From IMG/VR virus record IMGVR_UViG_3300025687_000036: 20,000 nucleotides of DNA; one strand, written 5' to 3'. The translations under genes and the position numbers were made by a program. Source of the stretch: an uncultured virus (IMG/VR IMGVR_UViG_3300025687_000036) (taxonomy: Duplodnaviria > Heunggongvirae > Uroviricota > Caudoviricetes). Positions 1 through 8,483 of the stretch are shown here, in pieces (the stretch's first letter is position 1; the number at the start of each line of letters is the position of its first letter). Below the pieces are notes generated by a model. The model had not been told where the DNA came from and did not search any database. It saw only the letters and a program-made list of their open reading frames with translations.

Positions 1-15
1 CAGGGGGATGGTGCG

Positions 16-1263
16 GTGAAGCACAGAATCATCCCCGGAGACTGCGTTGAATCGCTGCGGACGCTGCCTGACGCCAGCGTTCACTGTTGCGTCACATCGC
101 CGCCCTACTGGGGGCTGCGGGACTACGGCCACGACGGGCAGATCGGTCTGGAGTCAACGCCGGAAGCCTACGTCGCTCGCATGGTGGAAGTGTTCCGCGA
201 GGTGCGGCGGGTGCTGCGGGATGATGGGACGCTGTGGCTGAACCTCGGAGACAGCTACGCAGGTTCTTGGGGCAACCAGGGCCGCAAGGAAACAAGAGGC
301 ACGCAACGGCCGATCAACGGCCCGATGATGCAGCGGCTCAAGGCGCAGCCAGTCCGCGAGATTGAGTGTTGCCTAGACGAGGACTGCACTTGCCCAGCCG
401 TGGACGAGAACGGCGGAATCTATCCAGACAAGAAAACGCGCACCGGATCATGGGTGAACGACCACCCAACGCTCAAGCCAAAAGACCTCGTCGGCATACC
501 GTGGCGTGTCGCCTTCGCCTTGCAGGCTGACGGCTGGTGGCTGCGTCAGGACATCATCTGGCACAAGCCAAACCCGATGCCCGAGAGCGTGCGGGATCGC
601 TGCACGAAGGCTCACGAGTACGTTTTCCTTCTCACCAAGAGCGAGCGGTATTTCTATGACGCGGAGGCGGTGAGTGAATTTGCCAAGTGTCAAGATGCCA
701 AGGGCATCCCTTATGCAACTCGACGGGTGCTTGACGGGAAAGCGACAAGCATCGGCAGGCAAGAAAGAACATACGACGCAAAACCTACCCGCAACCGCCG
801 CTCCGTCTGGACGATCACGACGAAGCCGTACAAAGGCGCCCACTTCGCCACCATGCCACCCGACCTCGTCGAGCCGTGCATCCTCGCCGGCACGAGCGAG
901 GAGGGGTGCTGCCCACACTGCGGTTCGCCGTGGGCGAGGGTCACTGAGCGAAAAAAACTGACCCGCCCACGCCCGAATGACTACACGAAGCGGAAAGGCG
1001 ATGAAGGAACTGGAAACTCATGCGCAAACAGTGTTGCCGGTGTCGCAGTGGAAACGAAGGGCTGGCAGCCGACGTGCGATTGCCAAGAGCATAGCCCCGT
1101 GCCGTGCCTCGTCCTCGACCCCTTCGCCGGCTCCGGCACGACGCTGGCGGTCGCCGCCCGCCTGGGCCGCAGCGGCATCGGGTGCGAACTGAACCCTGAA
1201 TACATCGCCTTGGCGGAGGAGCGGATCGCCGAGGCCAGGGAGAAGGCTGGGTTGTTTGCATGA
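16..1263 (+). CDS. DNA methyltransferase, N4-C/N6-A family (beta class), with Cys-rich insertions
   Basis: Catalytic TSPPY near the N-terminus, DIIWHKPNPMPESVRDR..HEYVF core, HFAT.P and SAM-binding LDPFAGSGTT at the C-terminus; GTG start. Confidence 0.95.
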   Translation: MKHRIIPGDCVESLRTLPDASVHCCVTSPPYWGLRDYGHDGQIGLESTPEAYVARMVEVFREVRRVLRDDGTLWLNLGDSYAGSWGNQGRKETRGTQRPINGPMMQRLKAQPVREIECCLDEDCTCPAVDENGGIYPDKKTRTGSWVNDHPTLKPKDLVGIPWRVAFALQADGWWLRQDIIWHKPNPMPESVRDRCTKAHEYVFLLTKSERYFYDAEAVSEFAKCQDAKGIPYATRRVLDGKATSIGRQERTYDAKPTRNRRSVWTITTKPYKGAHFATMPPDLVEPCILAGTSEEGCCPHCGSPWARVTERKKLTRPRPNDYTKRKGDEGTGNSCANSVAGVAVETKGWQPTCDCQEHSPVPCLVLDPFAGSGTTLAVAARLGRSGIGCELNPEYIALAEERIAEAREKAGLFA

Positions 1264-1913
1264 GAGTCCTCGTCGCCTGCGAGTACAGCGGTCGCGTCAG
1301 GGATGCGTTCATCGCAGCCGGCCACGATGCAATGAGTTGCGACCTCCTTCCATCAGATTCAATTGGACCGCATCGCCAGGGCGACGTGCTCGAGATTCTT
1401 AACCAGGGCTGGGACTTGATGATCGCGCACCCGCCATGCACTTACCTGACGGTGTCGGCTGAGTGGGCCTACAAGGATGTCCAGACGAAGAAAATGAAGC
1501 CTGGGACGCTGATCGGTCAGGCTCGCCGAGACGCCAGAGAGAAGGCAATCGAGTTTGTGCTGGCTCTGGCGAACTCGCCGATTCCTCGGATCGCCATCGA
1601 GAACCCGGTCGGCGTTCTCTCGACAAGGTGGCGCGAGCCGGATCAGTTCATTCAGCCATACGAGTACGGCGACGACGCTAGCAAGAAGACCTGCCTGTGG
1701 CTCAAGGGTCTCCCGCGGCTTGCGCCGACTGCGTTTGCCCCCCCCCGTCTCGCGCTTTCCGCGGACTGTCGAAGCTACTCGTTCCGCTGGGGGAACCAGA
1801 CCGACAGCGGACAGAACAAGGAACCGCCGGCCGCGGATCGCTGGAAGATCAGGAGCGAGACATTCGCTGGTTGGGCCTCGGCCATGGCCTCGCAGTGGGG
1901 AGGATTGACGTGA
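1260..1913 (+). CDS. Short phage DNA cytosine-C5 methyltransferase-like protein
   Basis: MRVLVACEYSG (degenerate motif I), DLMIAHPPC (catalytic PC), IENPVG (motif VI), KKTCLW, RSETF..A.AMA.QW; ATGA overlap with the upstream gene. Confidence 0.85.
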   Translation: MRVLVACEYSGRVRDAFIAAGHDAMSCDLLPSDSIGPHRQGDVLEILNQGWDLMIAHPPCTYLTVSAEWAYKDVQTKKMKPGTLIGQARRDAREKAIEFVLALANSPIPRIAIENPVGVLSTRWREPDQFIQPYEYGDDASKKTCLWLKGLPRLAPTAFAPPRLALSADCRSYSFRWGNQTDSGQNKEPPAADRWKIRSETFAGWASAMASQWGGLT

Positions 1914-2164
1914 GCATCCGCGAAGACCTCGCAGAGCAGAACCCCGACGCCCTCCTCGCAGACGGCCTCGAAGCCGCCTTGGTTGGATACACGGTGAATC
2001 ACCACCACCCGGTCGTCGCTGTCTACGACATCGACAAGTGCATCGACGTGCTCGTCGAGCGCGACGGGATGACGCCGGAGGGTGCCGACGAGTTTCTGTC
2101 GTTCAACACGATCGGTGCGTATGTCGGCGAGAACGGGCCGCTGTATGTGAGGTTTTGGAAGTGA
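1910..2164 (+). CDS. Conserved phage hypothetical protein
   Basis: GTGA overlap start at 1910; ADGLEAALVG..AVYDIDKCI..DGMT.E.A.EF.SFN..GAYVGE.GP pattern familiar from aquatic phages. Confidence 0.75.
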   Translation: MSIREDLAEQNPDALLADGLEAALVGYTVNHHHPVVAVYDIDKCIDVLVERDGMTPEGADEFLSFNTIGAYVGENGPLYVRFWK

Positions 2165-2226
2165 CAAGCCGCGAAATCGCGGAGTGACAGAATTCGGGAG
2201 TCGCGGAGGAAAGCGAGGGTGATGGG

Positions 2227-2712
2227 GTGAGTGACAGCGGTTTTCTTCGCCTCGTAGAAAAGCACGCGACTGCCCGCGCTGCCCTCCATGCCGGCCACGG
2301 CTCGAGCCGCCCGCTATCCGGCGGATACGAGCGCGTCGGCATGGCTGGAGAGTTCGCGTTCGGTCGATTCTGCGGGCAGATGCCAGACCTCTCGGAGCGG
2401 CCGTCTGGCGACAAGGGCGTCGACTTCGTCGTTCCGCTTCTCTACACCGTGGACGTGAAGACGGCACGCAAGGCGAACAATCTGATCCACGAGGCGTCAA
2501 AGCCGCTGTTGGCAGACATCTATGTCCTTGCCGAATACAACGACGACGACGAAGAGGCGACGCTGGTTGGCTGGGCCTGGGGGAGCCAGTTGTCTGCGGC
2601 GCCGAAAAAAGACTTCGGTCACGGAATCGAGAACAGGTACATCGCAAGAGCGAACCTGCGATCGATGGGTCATCTTGGGGAAAGGATTTGGAAGCCTCAA
2701 CGGAGTTGCTGA
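2227..2712 (+). CDS. Putative PD-(D/E)XK nuclease-fold protein
   Basis: GMAGEFAF ... DKGVDFVV ... TVDVKT arrangement (E..D..D-x-K). Confidence 0.55.
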   Translation: MSDSGFLRLVEKHATARAALHAGHGSSRPLSGGYERVGMAGEFAFGRFCGQMPDLSERPSGDKGVDFVVPLLYTVDVKTARKANNLIHEASKPLLADIYVLAEYNDDDEEATLVGWAWGSQLSAAPKKDFGHGIENRYIARANLRSMGHLGERIWKPQRSC

Positions 2713-2713
2713 A

Positions 2714-2911
2714 ATGCAGAATGCTGAACATGACGATATGGTCGATGCTTCGCTGCTCGACTACTACATCAAAGCCGCGGTGGTGGCAATTCGGCTTGGC
2801 ATTGGCTTGCAGTATGCGTTTGACAGGTACGTCAAGCCGCATATGCCCCCCAGACGGGAGATCAAGCCGATCCGACCGGATCAGGAATGGATTTTCGGTG
2901 ACAACTTCTGA
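2714..2911 (+). CDS. Hypothetical protein
   Basis: ATG directly after the preceding stop; fills the gap; MQNAEHDD... Confidence 0.5.
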   Translation: MQNAEHDDMVDASLLDYYIKAAVVAIRLGIGLQYAFDRYVKPHMPPRREIKPIRPDQEWIFGDNF

Positions 2912-2956
2912 AGGCCAGCAAAGAAATCGCACCAAAAGCCATCGATTGGCAACACA

Positions 2957-3376
2957 ATGAACTGCAAAGTCTACAAGGCCGCAGAACTCCCAGAGCACGA
3001 GCGGGTCTGGATCGCCCACCGCCTGACGAAGGCGGGCAGTGACTTCAACGCCAAACTCGTCTACTGGACGTATGGCCGCGGTGCTGCCGTGGAGTCCGAC
3101 GGCAGCATCGCGGTCGTCTACGACCACGGCGAGATTATCGGCTGGGCGAGGACGGAGACGTGGCGTGGCTACGACACGCTTGAGGCTTTCGTTGCGCCGG
3201 AGCATCGGGGCCGCGGTGTGGCGGCGTTCGCGGCGTCCGGCCTTGCGGCATCCACGCTGAACGCCAACGGTGGCAGCGTCGCGGTCTTCGCGCCGTCGAT
3301 GATGCTGGTCGCCCGCCGCGCCGGCCTCCACCCGGAACTGTTCGAGAGAGTCGACGGCGAGTGGAGGGCGGCGTGA
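2957..3376 (+). CDS. GNAT family acetyltransferase
   Basis: GEIIGWA and FVAPEHRGRGVA (acetyl-CoA-binding R-G-x-G motif A). Confidence 0.8.
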   Translation: MNCKVYKAAELPEHERVWIAHRLTKAGSDFNAKLVYWTYGRGAAVESDGSIAVVYDHGEIIGWARTETWRGYDTLEAFVAPEHRGRGVAAFAASGLAASTLNANGGSVAVFAPSMMLVARRAGLHPELFERVDGEWRAA

Positions 3377-3588
3377 CCAATGAGGAGCGGATCGAGCTGC
3401 TGGACCGCGTCGCTTCGTCGCAGCGGACGATCCGCGCTCTCATCGAAATCGTCGACGAGCAGGCGGCCGTGATGGCGGCGGCCGGCGAGCCCGGCACGGC
3501 CTTCTCGATCTACATGATCCGCGAGTCGCTGGCGGTCTACTCGAGCCAACTGAGCAGATACCTGAGAAAGCACTTGGAAAAGAACTGA
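3373..3588 (+). CDS. Hypothetical protein
   Basis: GTGA overlap, GGAGGG upstream; MTNEERIELL... Confidence 0.65.
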   Translation: MTNEERIELLDRVASSQRTIRALIEIVDEQAAVMAAAGEPGTAFSIYMIRESLAVYSSQLSRYLRKHLEKN

Positions 3589-3809
3589 TGCCGTCGGCCT
3601 CGCTCCACTTCCGGCTACCGCAGGATCAACGCGACTTCGACGTCGCGTCGTCCGCCGGCAGATACCTGGCGGTGATTCAGTCGCTGGACACGTACCTGAG
3701 AAACCGCATCAAGTACGCCGACGTTTCGGCGGAGGCCGTGAACGCCTACCAGGCGGTGCGCGATGAGTTGCACCGAGAACTCAGCGAGCAGCGAGTGGAG
3801 ATTGACTGA
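3588..3809 (+). CDS. Conserved phage hypothetical protein
   Basis: TGATG coupling; L.F.LP.DQ..F..A...LR..IKY pattern typical of small phage proteins. Confidence 0.7.
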   Translation: MPSASLHFRLPQDQRDFDVASSAGRYLAVIQSLDTYLRNRIKYADVSAEAVNAYQAVRDELHRELSEQRVEID

Positions 3810-4069
3810 TGGACGATGACCTCGAGGCGCTCTGCGACCGCTACGAACTTCTTTGGCGTCGAGCCAGAGAAGGTGCCGCCAGCGCCAACAAGGCGATCGG
3901 CAGGCTCCAGGCCCGCGTCGACTTCCTGAAGACCGAGGTGGAGGAGTTGGAGGATGAGTTGGCGGTCACGCAGAGCCGCCTCTCCAGGGCGAACAGGGAG
4001 AACGAGCAACTGGAGAAGAAGGTTCAACGGTTGAGCCTCAAGATTCTTGAACTCTGGAGCCGCGAGTGA
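3809..4069 (+). CDS. Coiled-coil hypothetical protein
   Basis: TGATG coupling; heptad-rich LQARVDFLKTEVEELEDEL...LEKKVQRL. Confidence 0.65.
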   Translation: MDDDLEALCDRYELLWRRAREGAASANKAIGRLQARVDFLKTEVEELEDELAVTQSRLSRANRENEQLEKKVQRLSLKILELWSRE

Positions 4070-4221
4070 TGGCGAAGAAGAAGTATTCCCAAGGCACGAC
4101 GCAAAAGTCGGTCTCGAAGAACATCTCCAAGCTGGTCGACGAGGGCTACCCGCAGAAGCAAGCCGTCGCCATCGCCCTGGACATCGCGAATCAGGCGAAG
4201 AAGAAAAAGGGCGACAAGTGA
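4069..4221 (+). CDS. Small basic phage protein, 50 aa (absent from the ORF track)
   Basis: Translated by hand: MAKKKYSQGTTQKSVSKNISKLVDEGYPQKQAVAIALDIANQAKKKKGDK; coupled at both ends (TGATG, GTGA); the PQKQAVAIAL motif recurs in phages. Confidence 0.8.
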   Translation: MAKKKYSQGTTQKSVSKNISKLVDEGYPQKQAVAIALDIANQAKKKKGDK

Positions 4222-4580
4222 CGCACCGGCGGGCGAGGAAATCGCCACTGATTGTGGTCGACGTTTCCCTGCTCGAGCAGTGCTGGCAGTCGGAGATGAC
4301 CGGCGAGCAGATCGCCGGCGTCATCGGCGTGAAGAAGTGGCAGTTGCCGACGATCCGCGAGGAAGCCGGCCTGCCGAAGCGCCCCTCGTTCAAGTCCTAC
4401 CTGCGGCCGTGGGACTCGAAAAAGCGACCCAAGGAGCCGGACCCCGAGGTCTCGCCGGAGGAGGTGCAGCACCGGATCGCGAAGGTGCAGGCCAGATGGA
4501 CAGACGAGGTTTTTGTGTTGAGGTCTCTGGGCCGCGTGCGGCCTGTCCCGTATGAGTTTCCGAGGTATTCGATCCAGTGA
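4218..4580 (+). CDS. GcrA-like HTH protein, paralog 1
   Basis: GTGA start; LEQCWQSEMTGEQIAGVIG...GLPKR and C-terminal DP..SPEEVQHRIAKVQARW. Confidence 0.6.
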   Translation: MTHRRARKSPLIVVDVSLLEQCWQSEMTGEQIAGVIGVKKWQLPTIREEAGLPKRPSFKSYLRPWDSKKRPKEPDPEVSPEEVQHRIAKVQARWTDEVFVLRSLGRVRPVPYEFPRYSIQ

Positions 4581-4918
4581 CTGGTGTTCCGCTCGACGAG
4601 GATTTCTTGAGGTTTGCGTGGTCACGGTATCCGCTCTCCTACATCTGTGAGATGGCGAACTGCGGCCGGCGCAAGGTCTACTACTACGCCAGGAAGTTCG
4701 GTCTCGGCCCCAAGCCGGAAGGCACGTATCTGCCCCGCCGTGGCCGGAAGATGCCAGACCCGACCCCTGACCAAATACGTCAACGGTGCCTGGAGGTGCA
4801 GGCCCGGTGGTCCCCAGCGGAGCGCGAGCGGCGGGCCGGGCGGAGCAAACTGTCGGCTGCCGCCAAGGCGATGGGCTACGACGGCCGGAGCGTCCGATTC
4901 TCGGAGAGATTGCTGTAG
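4577..4918 (+). CDS. GcrA-like HTH protein, paralog 2
   Basis: GTGA start; LRFAW..I....ARKFGLGPK and PDPTPDQIRQRCLEVQARWSPAERERR. Confidence 0.6.
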   Translation: MTGVPLDEDFLRFAWSRYPLSYICEMANCGRRKVYYYARKFGLGPKPEGTYLPRRGRKMPDPTPDQIRQRCLEVQARWSPAERERRAGRSKLSAAAKAMGYDGRSVRFSERLL

Positions 4919-4943
4919 GCAAAAGGCGACAGCCCGATACAAT
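4916..4943 (+). promoter_or_regulatory. Possible sigma70-type promoter
   Basis: TAGGCA-N16-TACAAT in a rare intergenic gap just upstream of the VRR-NUC ATG. Confidence 0.35.
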
Positions 4944-4951
4944 GGGCCTCC

Positions 4952-5245
4952 ATGCGACGCCAACCGCTCGAGCGGACGATCGTCGCCAAGGTCATGGCGC
5001 AGGCTCGGAGCCTCGGCTGGTGGGTTATGAAGACCCACGGCGGCTCCTATGGAACCGTTGTCGGCCTGCCTGACGTGCTGGCAATCAAGGACGGCCGGGC
5101 AGCGTGGATGGAAGTGAAGCGGCCGGGGTTTGAGCCGACCCGCGTGCAACTCCATCGTCAGCGCGAACTCAGCGGCTACGGATGCCCGGTGACGACCGTG
5201 ACCAGCGCCGCCGACGCTCGGCATTTTCTGGAGAGCATCGGGTGA
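4952..5245 (+). CDS. VRR-NUC domain nuclease (phage Holliday-junction resolvase type)
   Basis: LE..I ... GLPDVLAIKDGRAAWMEVKRPG..PT..Q. Confidence 0.9.
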   Translation: MRRQPLERTIVAKVMAQARSLGWWVMKTHGGSYGTVVGLPDVLAIKDGRAAWMEVKRPGFEPTRVQLHRQRELSGYGCPVTTVTSAADARHFLESIG

Positions 5246-6327
5246 GCAAAGACATCTCCTTCGGCGCTGCGGTCGTCGGCGACGCCGAGGTGGCGGCGGT
5301 GCGCCGCGTCTTGGAATCCGGCCGGCTGACCCGCGGGCCTGTGTGCGAGGAGATGGAGGCGGACCTCGCCAGGCTCACCGGCCTCGAGGCGCACGTCGTC
5401 TCCAGCGGCACCGCGGCGATGCATCTGGCCCTGCTGGCCGCCGGCGTGCAGCCCGGCGACCGCGTGATCGTGCCGGCCACGACCTACGTGGCGACCCTCA
5501 ACGCGGTGCTCTACTGCGGCGCCGAGCCGGTGCTGGTCGACGTCTGCCCGGCGACGTGGACGATCGACTTCGACGAGGCCGTTGAGGAGGCCGAGAGCCG
5601 GCAGGCCGCGGCGATCGTCCCCGTTCATCTCTACGGCGTTCCTGCCCCTTCGTTTCACGGGTGGCGGGAAGATTATTTCCGCCGCACCGGCCGGCTGGTG
5701 CGAATCGTCGAGGACGCCGCCGAGAGCCTCGGGTGCCTGCGATCAGGCCGGCACCCGTGCGGAGACCTGGCCGCGCTCTCGTTCTTCGGCTCCAAGACGA
5801 TCACGACAGGCGAAGGCGGCGCGGTGCTGTGGCGCGACCCCACGCTCGGTGCCCGCGTCCGGCATCTGGCTGGACAGGCGATGACGAAGCAGAGGTATCG
5901 CCACGACACCGTCGGCTTCAACTACCGGATGACGGAACTTCAGGCGGCCATCGGCGTCGAGCAACTCAAGAAGCTGCCGGCTCTCCTCGACGCCCGCCGC
6001 CATGTGTTCGCCTGGTACGACGAGTTTCTGCCTGCCGGGTGGCGACGACAGGACATCGACAGAAACGACACGCACGGCCTGTGGGCCTACGCAGCGACGA
6101 ACAACGAACTCGACGCCAGAAGGGTCATCCACGGCATGGCTCAGGCCGGCATCGAGTGTCGTCCGATCTTTCCGCCTCTGGGCCGGCACAACCACGCCGA
6201 GAGGTTTGCGGCGTACACGCCGCTGGCGGACTTTCTGCACGACCGCGGCATCGTTCTTCCCACGCACCCGCTCCTGACCAGAGACGACGTCAGTCGCGTG
6301 TGCGAAACCCTGGCGGAGTGGAAATGA
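5242..6327 (+). CDS. DegT/DnrJ/EryC1/StrS family PLP-dependent sugar aminotransferase (perosamine-synthase-like)
   Basis: SSGTAAMHLAL, VPATTYVAT, VHLYG, IVEDAAESLG, SFFGSKTITTGEGG (PLP lysine), GFNYRMTELQAAIG; GTGA start at 5242. Confidence 0.95.
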   Translation: MSKDISFGAAVVGDAEVAAVRRVLESGRLTRGPVCEEMEADLARLTGLEAHVVSSGTAAMHLALLAAGVQPGDRVIVPATTYVATLNAVLYCGAEPVLVDVCPATWTIDFDEAVEEAESRQAAAIVPVHLYGVPAPSFHGWREDYFRRTGRLVRIVEDAAESLGCLRSGRHPCGDLAALSFFGSKTITTGEGGAVLWRDPTLGARVRHLAGQAMTKQRYRHDTVGFNYRMTELQAAIGVEQLKKLPALLDARRHVFAWYDEFLPAGWRRQDIDRNDTHGLWAYAATNNELDARRVIHGMAQAGIECRPIFPPLGRHNHAERFAAYTPLADFLHDRGIVLPTHPLLTRDDVSRVCETLAEWK

Positions 6328-7097
6328 AGATCGTCGGCGTTTCCATGTTCATGGCCGACTGCGGCAAGCACTTGCAGCGCCGCCTCGAGCACCTCGTGTC
6401 CAAGCGCGGCGTGTCGGCGTGGGTGTGGATCGTCCGTCGAACCAACGATGTCACCGACCGGCTTCTGCACGCCTTCGTCGACTCCTCGCCGGTGCCGGCG
6501 ATGGTGATCGAGGAGTCGTGGCCGCAGCCGGCCGACAGGCTCATGGCGGTGTCGATGGCCGGTGACGTCGCCATGAACGCCGCGCTGATGCGAGGCGCCG
6601 AGAGGATTCTGTTCCACGAGAGTGATCTGATCTCGCCGGAGGACGTGGCCCTGCGGCTGGGCGAGGTTCTGGATTCCTCGCCGGCGGCGGCCGTCGCCGG
6701 CGGGTGGCCGTGCCTGGCGAGCGAGGGGATGGACGAGTCGCTGATGCTCTTCGACGGCGCCGCCCGCCTGGGCCGCGAGATGCAGATCGCCTTCGACGGC
6801 CAGCCAGCGGCACTGCCGTTCTTCTATGACTCGTGGGGGTATCGGCTCGACGGCCAGCGGTTCGCGTCTGTGCCTCCGTACTCGCCGTGCTATCGGCCCG
6901 ACGAGCCGTTTCGGCTGGATTCCGTCGGAAGCGTCGCGCTCATCGACGCGAGGTGGCTGCGATACGGCGCACGCATGGAACACGACGGGTTCGTGAGGCT
7001 CTGCGACCAGATACGCCAGATGGAAGGAGAAGTGTGGTGCGACCCGAGGATCATCATCAATCAGCCGCTCGAACTATGGACGTTCCAGAACAACTGA
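6324..7097 (+). CDS. Putative GT-A fold glycosyltransferase
   Basis: ATGA start MKIVGVS; ILFHESDL (DxD-like), FYDSWGYR, DSVGSVALIDA, VWCDP; resembles the downstream GT. Confidence 0.55.
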   Translation: MKIVGVSMFMADCGKHLQRRLEHLVSKRGVSAWVWIVRRTNDVTDRLLHAFVDSSPVPAMVIEESWPQPADRLMAVSMAGDVAMNAALMRGAERILFHESDLISPEDVALRLGEVLDSSPAAAVAGGWPCLASEGMDESLMLFDGAARLGREMQIAFDGQPAALPFFYDSWGYRLDGQRFASVPPYSPCYRPDEPFRLDSVGSVALIDARWLRYGARMEHDGFVRLCDQIRQMEGEVWCDPRIIINQPLELWTFQNN

Positions 7098-7957
7098 TCC
7101 GGCCAGAGGACTGGTGGCCTGTCGATCCGCACTGGCAGGAGCGGTACGACCGCATGGTCGGCATCGGCCGCCGGACGGCCGCTCAACTCGACGCCTGCGT
7201 CGTGATGATCTGCCGCAACTCGATGCCACACCTCGCCAACACGATTGGCCTGCTCCGCGAGTTGTCGCTCGGCTTCAGGTCGATGTCGATCTACGTCCAC
7301 GAGAACGACTCGACCGACGGCACCGGGGAGTTCCTCGACGTCGTGGCGGACGAGAGCTTCTCGATGACTGTCTGCCACGAGACCCTCGGCGGCATCGACG
7401 CCCGTGGGTTTGGTCGCGAGCGGACGGAGCGGCTGGCCTACTGTCGCAACAAGTGCCTGGGGTGGGTCTCGGAGAACGCCTCCCGCACCGCGTGGACGAT
7501 CGTGCTCGACTCCGACGCCCACGGCGGGTGGAGCGTCGACGGCGTCTTCAACAGCATCGGGTGCCTGGGCAGCCACAACACCCGGCCGGACTCCTTCCCT
7601 GCCGGCGGCATGGCCTCCTACGGCGTCTATAGACCTCGCCGGCTCGTACCCGAGGCCGCCGGCATCGGCGAGCACGGCATCCTTCAGTACGACGCCTGGG
7701 CCGCCCGGCTCAACGACTGGCGCGACCGCCGCGAGGAGGTTGGGTTCAACTGGTTTTTCTGTCTCCTACCGCCCGTCGGCTCGCCGCCGATTGAGTTCCT
7801 GTCGGCCTTCGGTGGCCTTGCGGTCTACCGTACCGATGCCTTCCTGGCCGGCGGCTACACCGGCGACGACTGCGAGCACGTCGGCCACCACAGAAACATG
7901 CGCGCCGCCGGCTACTCGATGCACTTGAACCCAGGATGCCGCTACGTCGCGTATTGA
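7076..7957 (+). CDS. GT-A glycosyltransferase resembling CAP59-type mannosyltransferases
   Basis: CRN, ENDSTDGT, RTERLAYCRN, IVLDSD (DxD), YDAWA, SAFGGLAVY, DCEHV, LNP. Confidence 0.75.
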   Translation: MDVPEQLIRPEDWWPVDPHWQERYDRMVGIGRRTAAQLDACVVMICRNSMPHLANTIGLLRELSLGFRSMSIYVHENDSTDGTGEFLDVVADESFSMTVCHETLGGIDARGFGRERTERLAYCRNKCLGWVSENASRTAWTIVLDSDAHGGWSVDGVFNSIGCLGSHNTRPDSFPAGGMASYGVYRPRRLVPEAAGIGEHGILQYDAWAARLNDWRDRREEVGFNWFFCLLPPVGSPPIEFLSAFGGLAVYRTDAFLAGGYTGDDCEHVGHHRNMRAAGYSMHLNPGCRYVAY

Positions 7958-7960
7958 TCC

Positions 7961-8365
7961 ATGTCGTCGAAGCGACTGACCGAAGGCGAGTTGGCGGCCA
8001 GCCGGGAGCGTTCGACGCTGCGGCGGCGTCTGCGCCTGCTGTGGCGCGGAGACTCGACGGACGATGAGATTCGCGAGGAGTTGGCCCTCGGGGAAGATGA
8101 GTTTCGCGCGATCGTCGCTGAGATGGGGCTGCCGGAGAGGTCGAGGGATATCTATCTGCCTGACCCGGCGACGATTCGGCGAGAGTGCGCGATCATCCGC
8201 TCCAAGTGGTCGCAGGCGGAGCGTGAATCACGCCTCGAGGCGGCCTGGTCTGCTAGAATAGACAATGCAGCATCGACGAGGGGGCGGACCAATGCTTCAA
8301 GTGGTGCTCACACTGACTCCCAAGCGGGCCAGGCTGCTGATCAAACGCGGCGACGAGATCGTTGA
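7961..8365 (+). CDS. GcrA-like HTH protein, paralog 3
   Basis: LRLLWRGDSTDDEIREEL...MGLPER and YLPDPATIRRECAIIRSKWSQAERESR. Confidence 0.6.
   Translation: MSSKRLTEGELAASRERSTLRRRLRLLWRGDSTDDEIREELALGEDEFRAIVAEMGLPERSRDIYLPDPATIRRECAIIRSKWSQAERESRLEAAWSARIDNAASTRGRTNASSGAHTDSQAGQAADQTRRRDR
8251..8259 (+). promoter_or_regulatory. Possible extended -10 promoter (TGcTAGAAT)
   Basis: TGn-TAGAAT about 30 bp upstream of the 8292 start, at the head of the membrane/peptidase cluster. Confidence 0.35.
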
Positions 8366-8483
8366 GGACGAGGTTTGGGCGTTCGACGAGCCGGCGCCGA
8401 AGGCGGAACTACGAGACATCGCAGAGTGTGTGTTTCACGACTCGTATGACTTGTTGAACCACTGCTGCCATGGATCGACCTAA
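8292..8483 (+). CDS. Hypothetical protein
   Basis: GAGGGG RBS before ATG 8292; MLQVVLTL... Confidence 0.55.
   Translation: MLQVVLTLTPKRARLLIKRGDEIVEDEVWAFDEPAPKAELRDIAECVFHDSYDLLNHCCHGST

Noticed and set aside
951..957. A7 run as a frameshift or phase-variation site
   Set aside because: The methyltransferase frame is intact through to the SAM-binding motif, so no shift is needed.
1775..3331. 518-aa minus-strand ORF
   Set aside because: Antisense shadow of several coupled + strand genes; low-complexity Arg/Pro-rich with no motifs.
5661..6323. N-terminal extension of the 478-aa ORF
   Set aside because: It overlaps DegT in another frame; the real start is the ATGA-coupled ATG at 6324.
5242..7957. 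Host chromosomal O-antigen locus
   Set aside because: It is embedded among coupled phage genes, and there are no wzx, wzy or nucleotidyltransferase genes.
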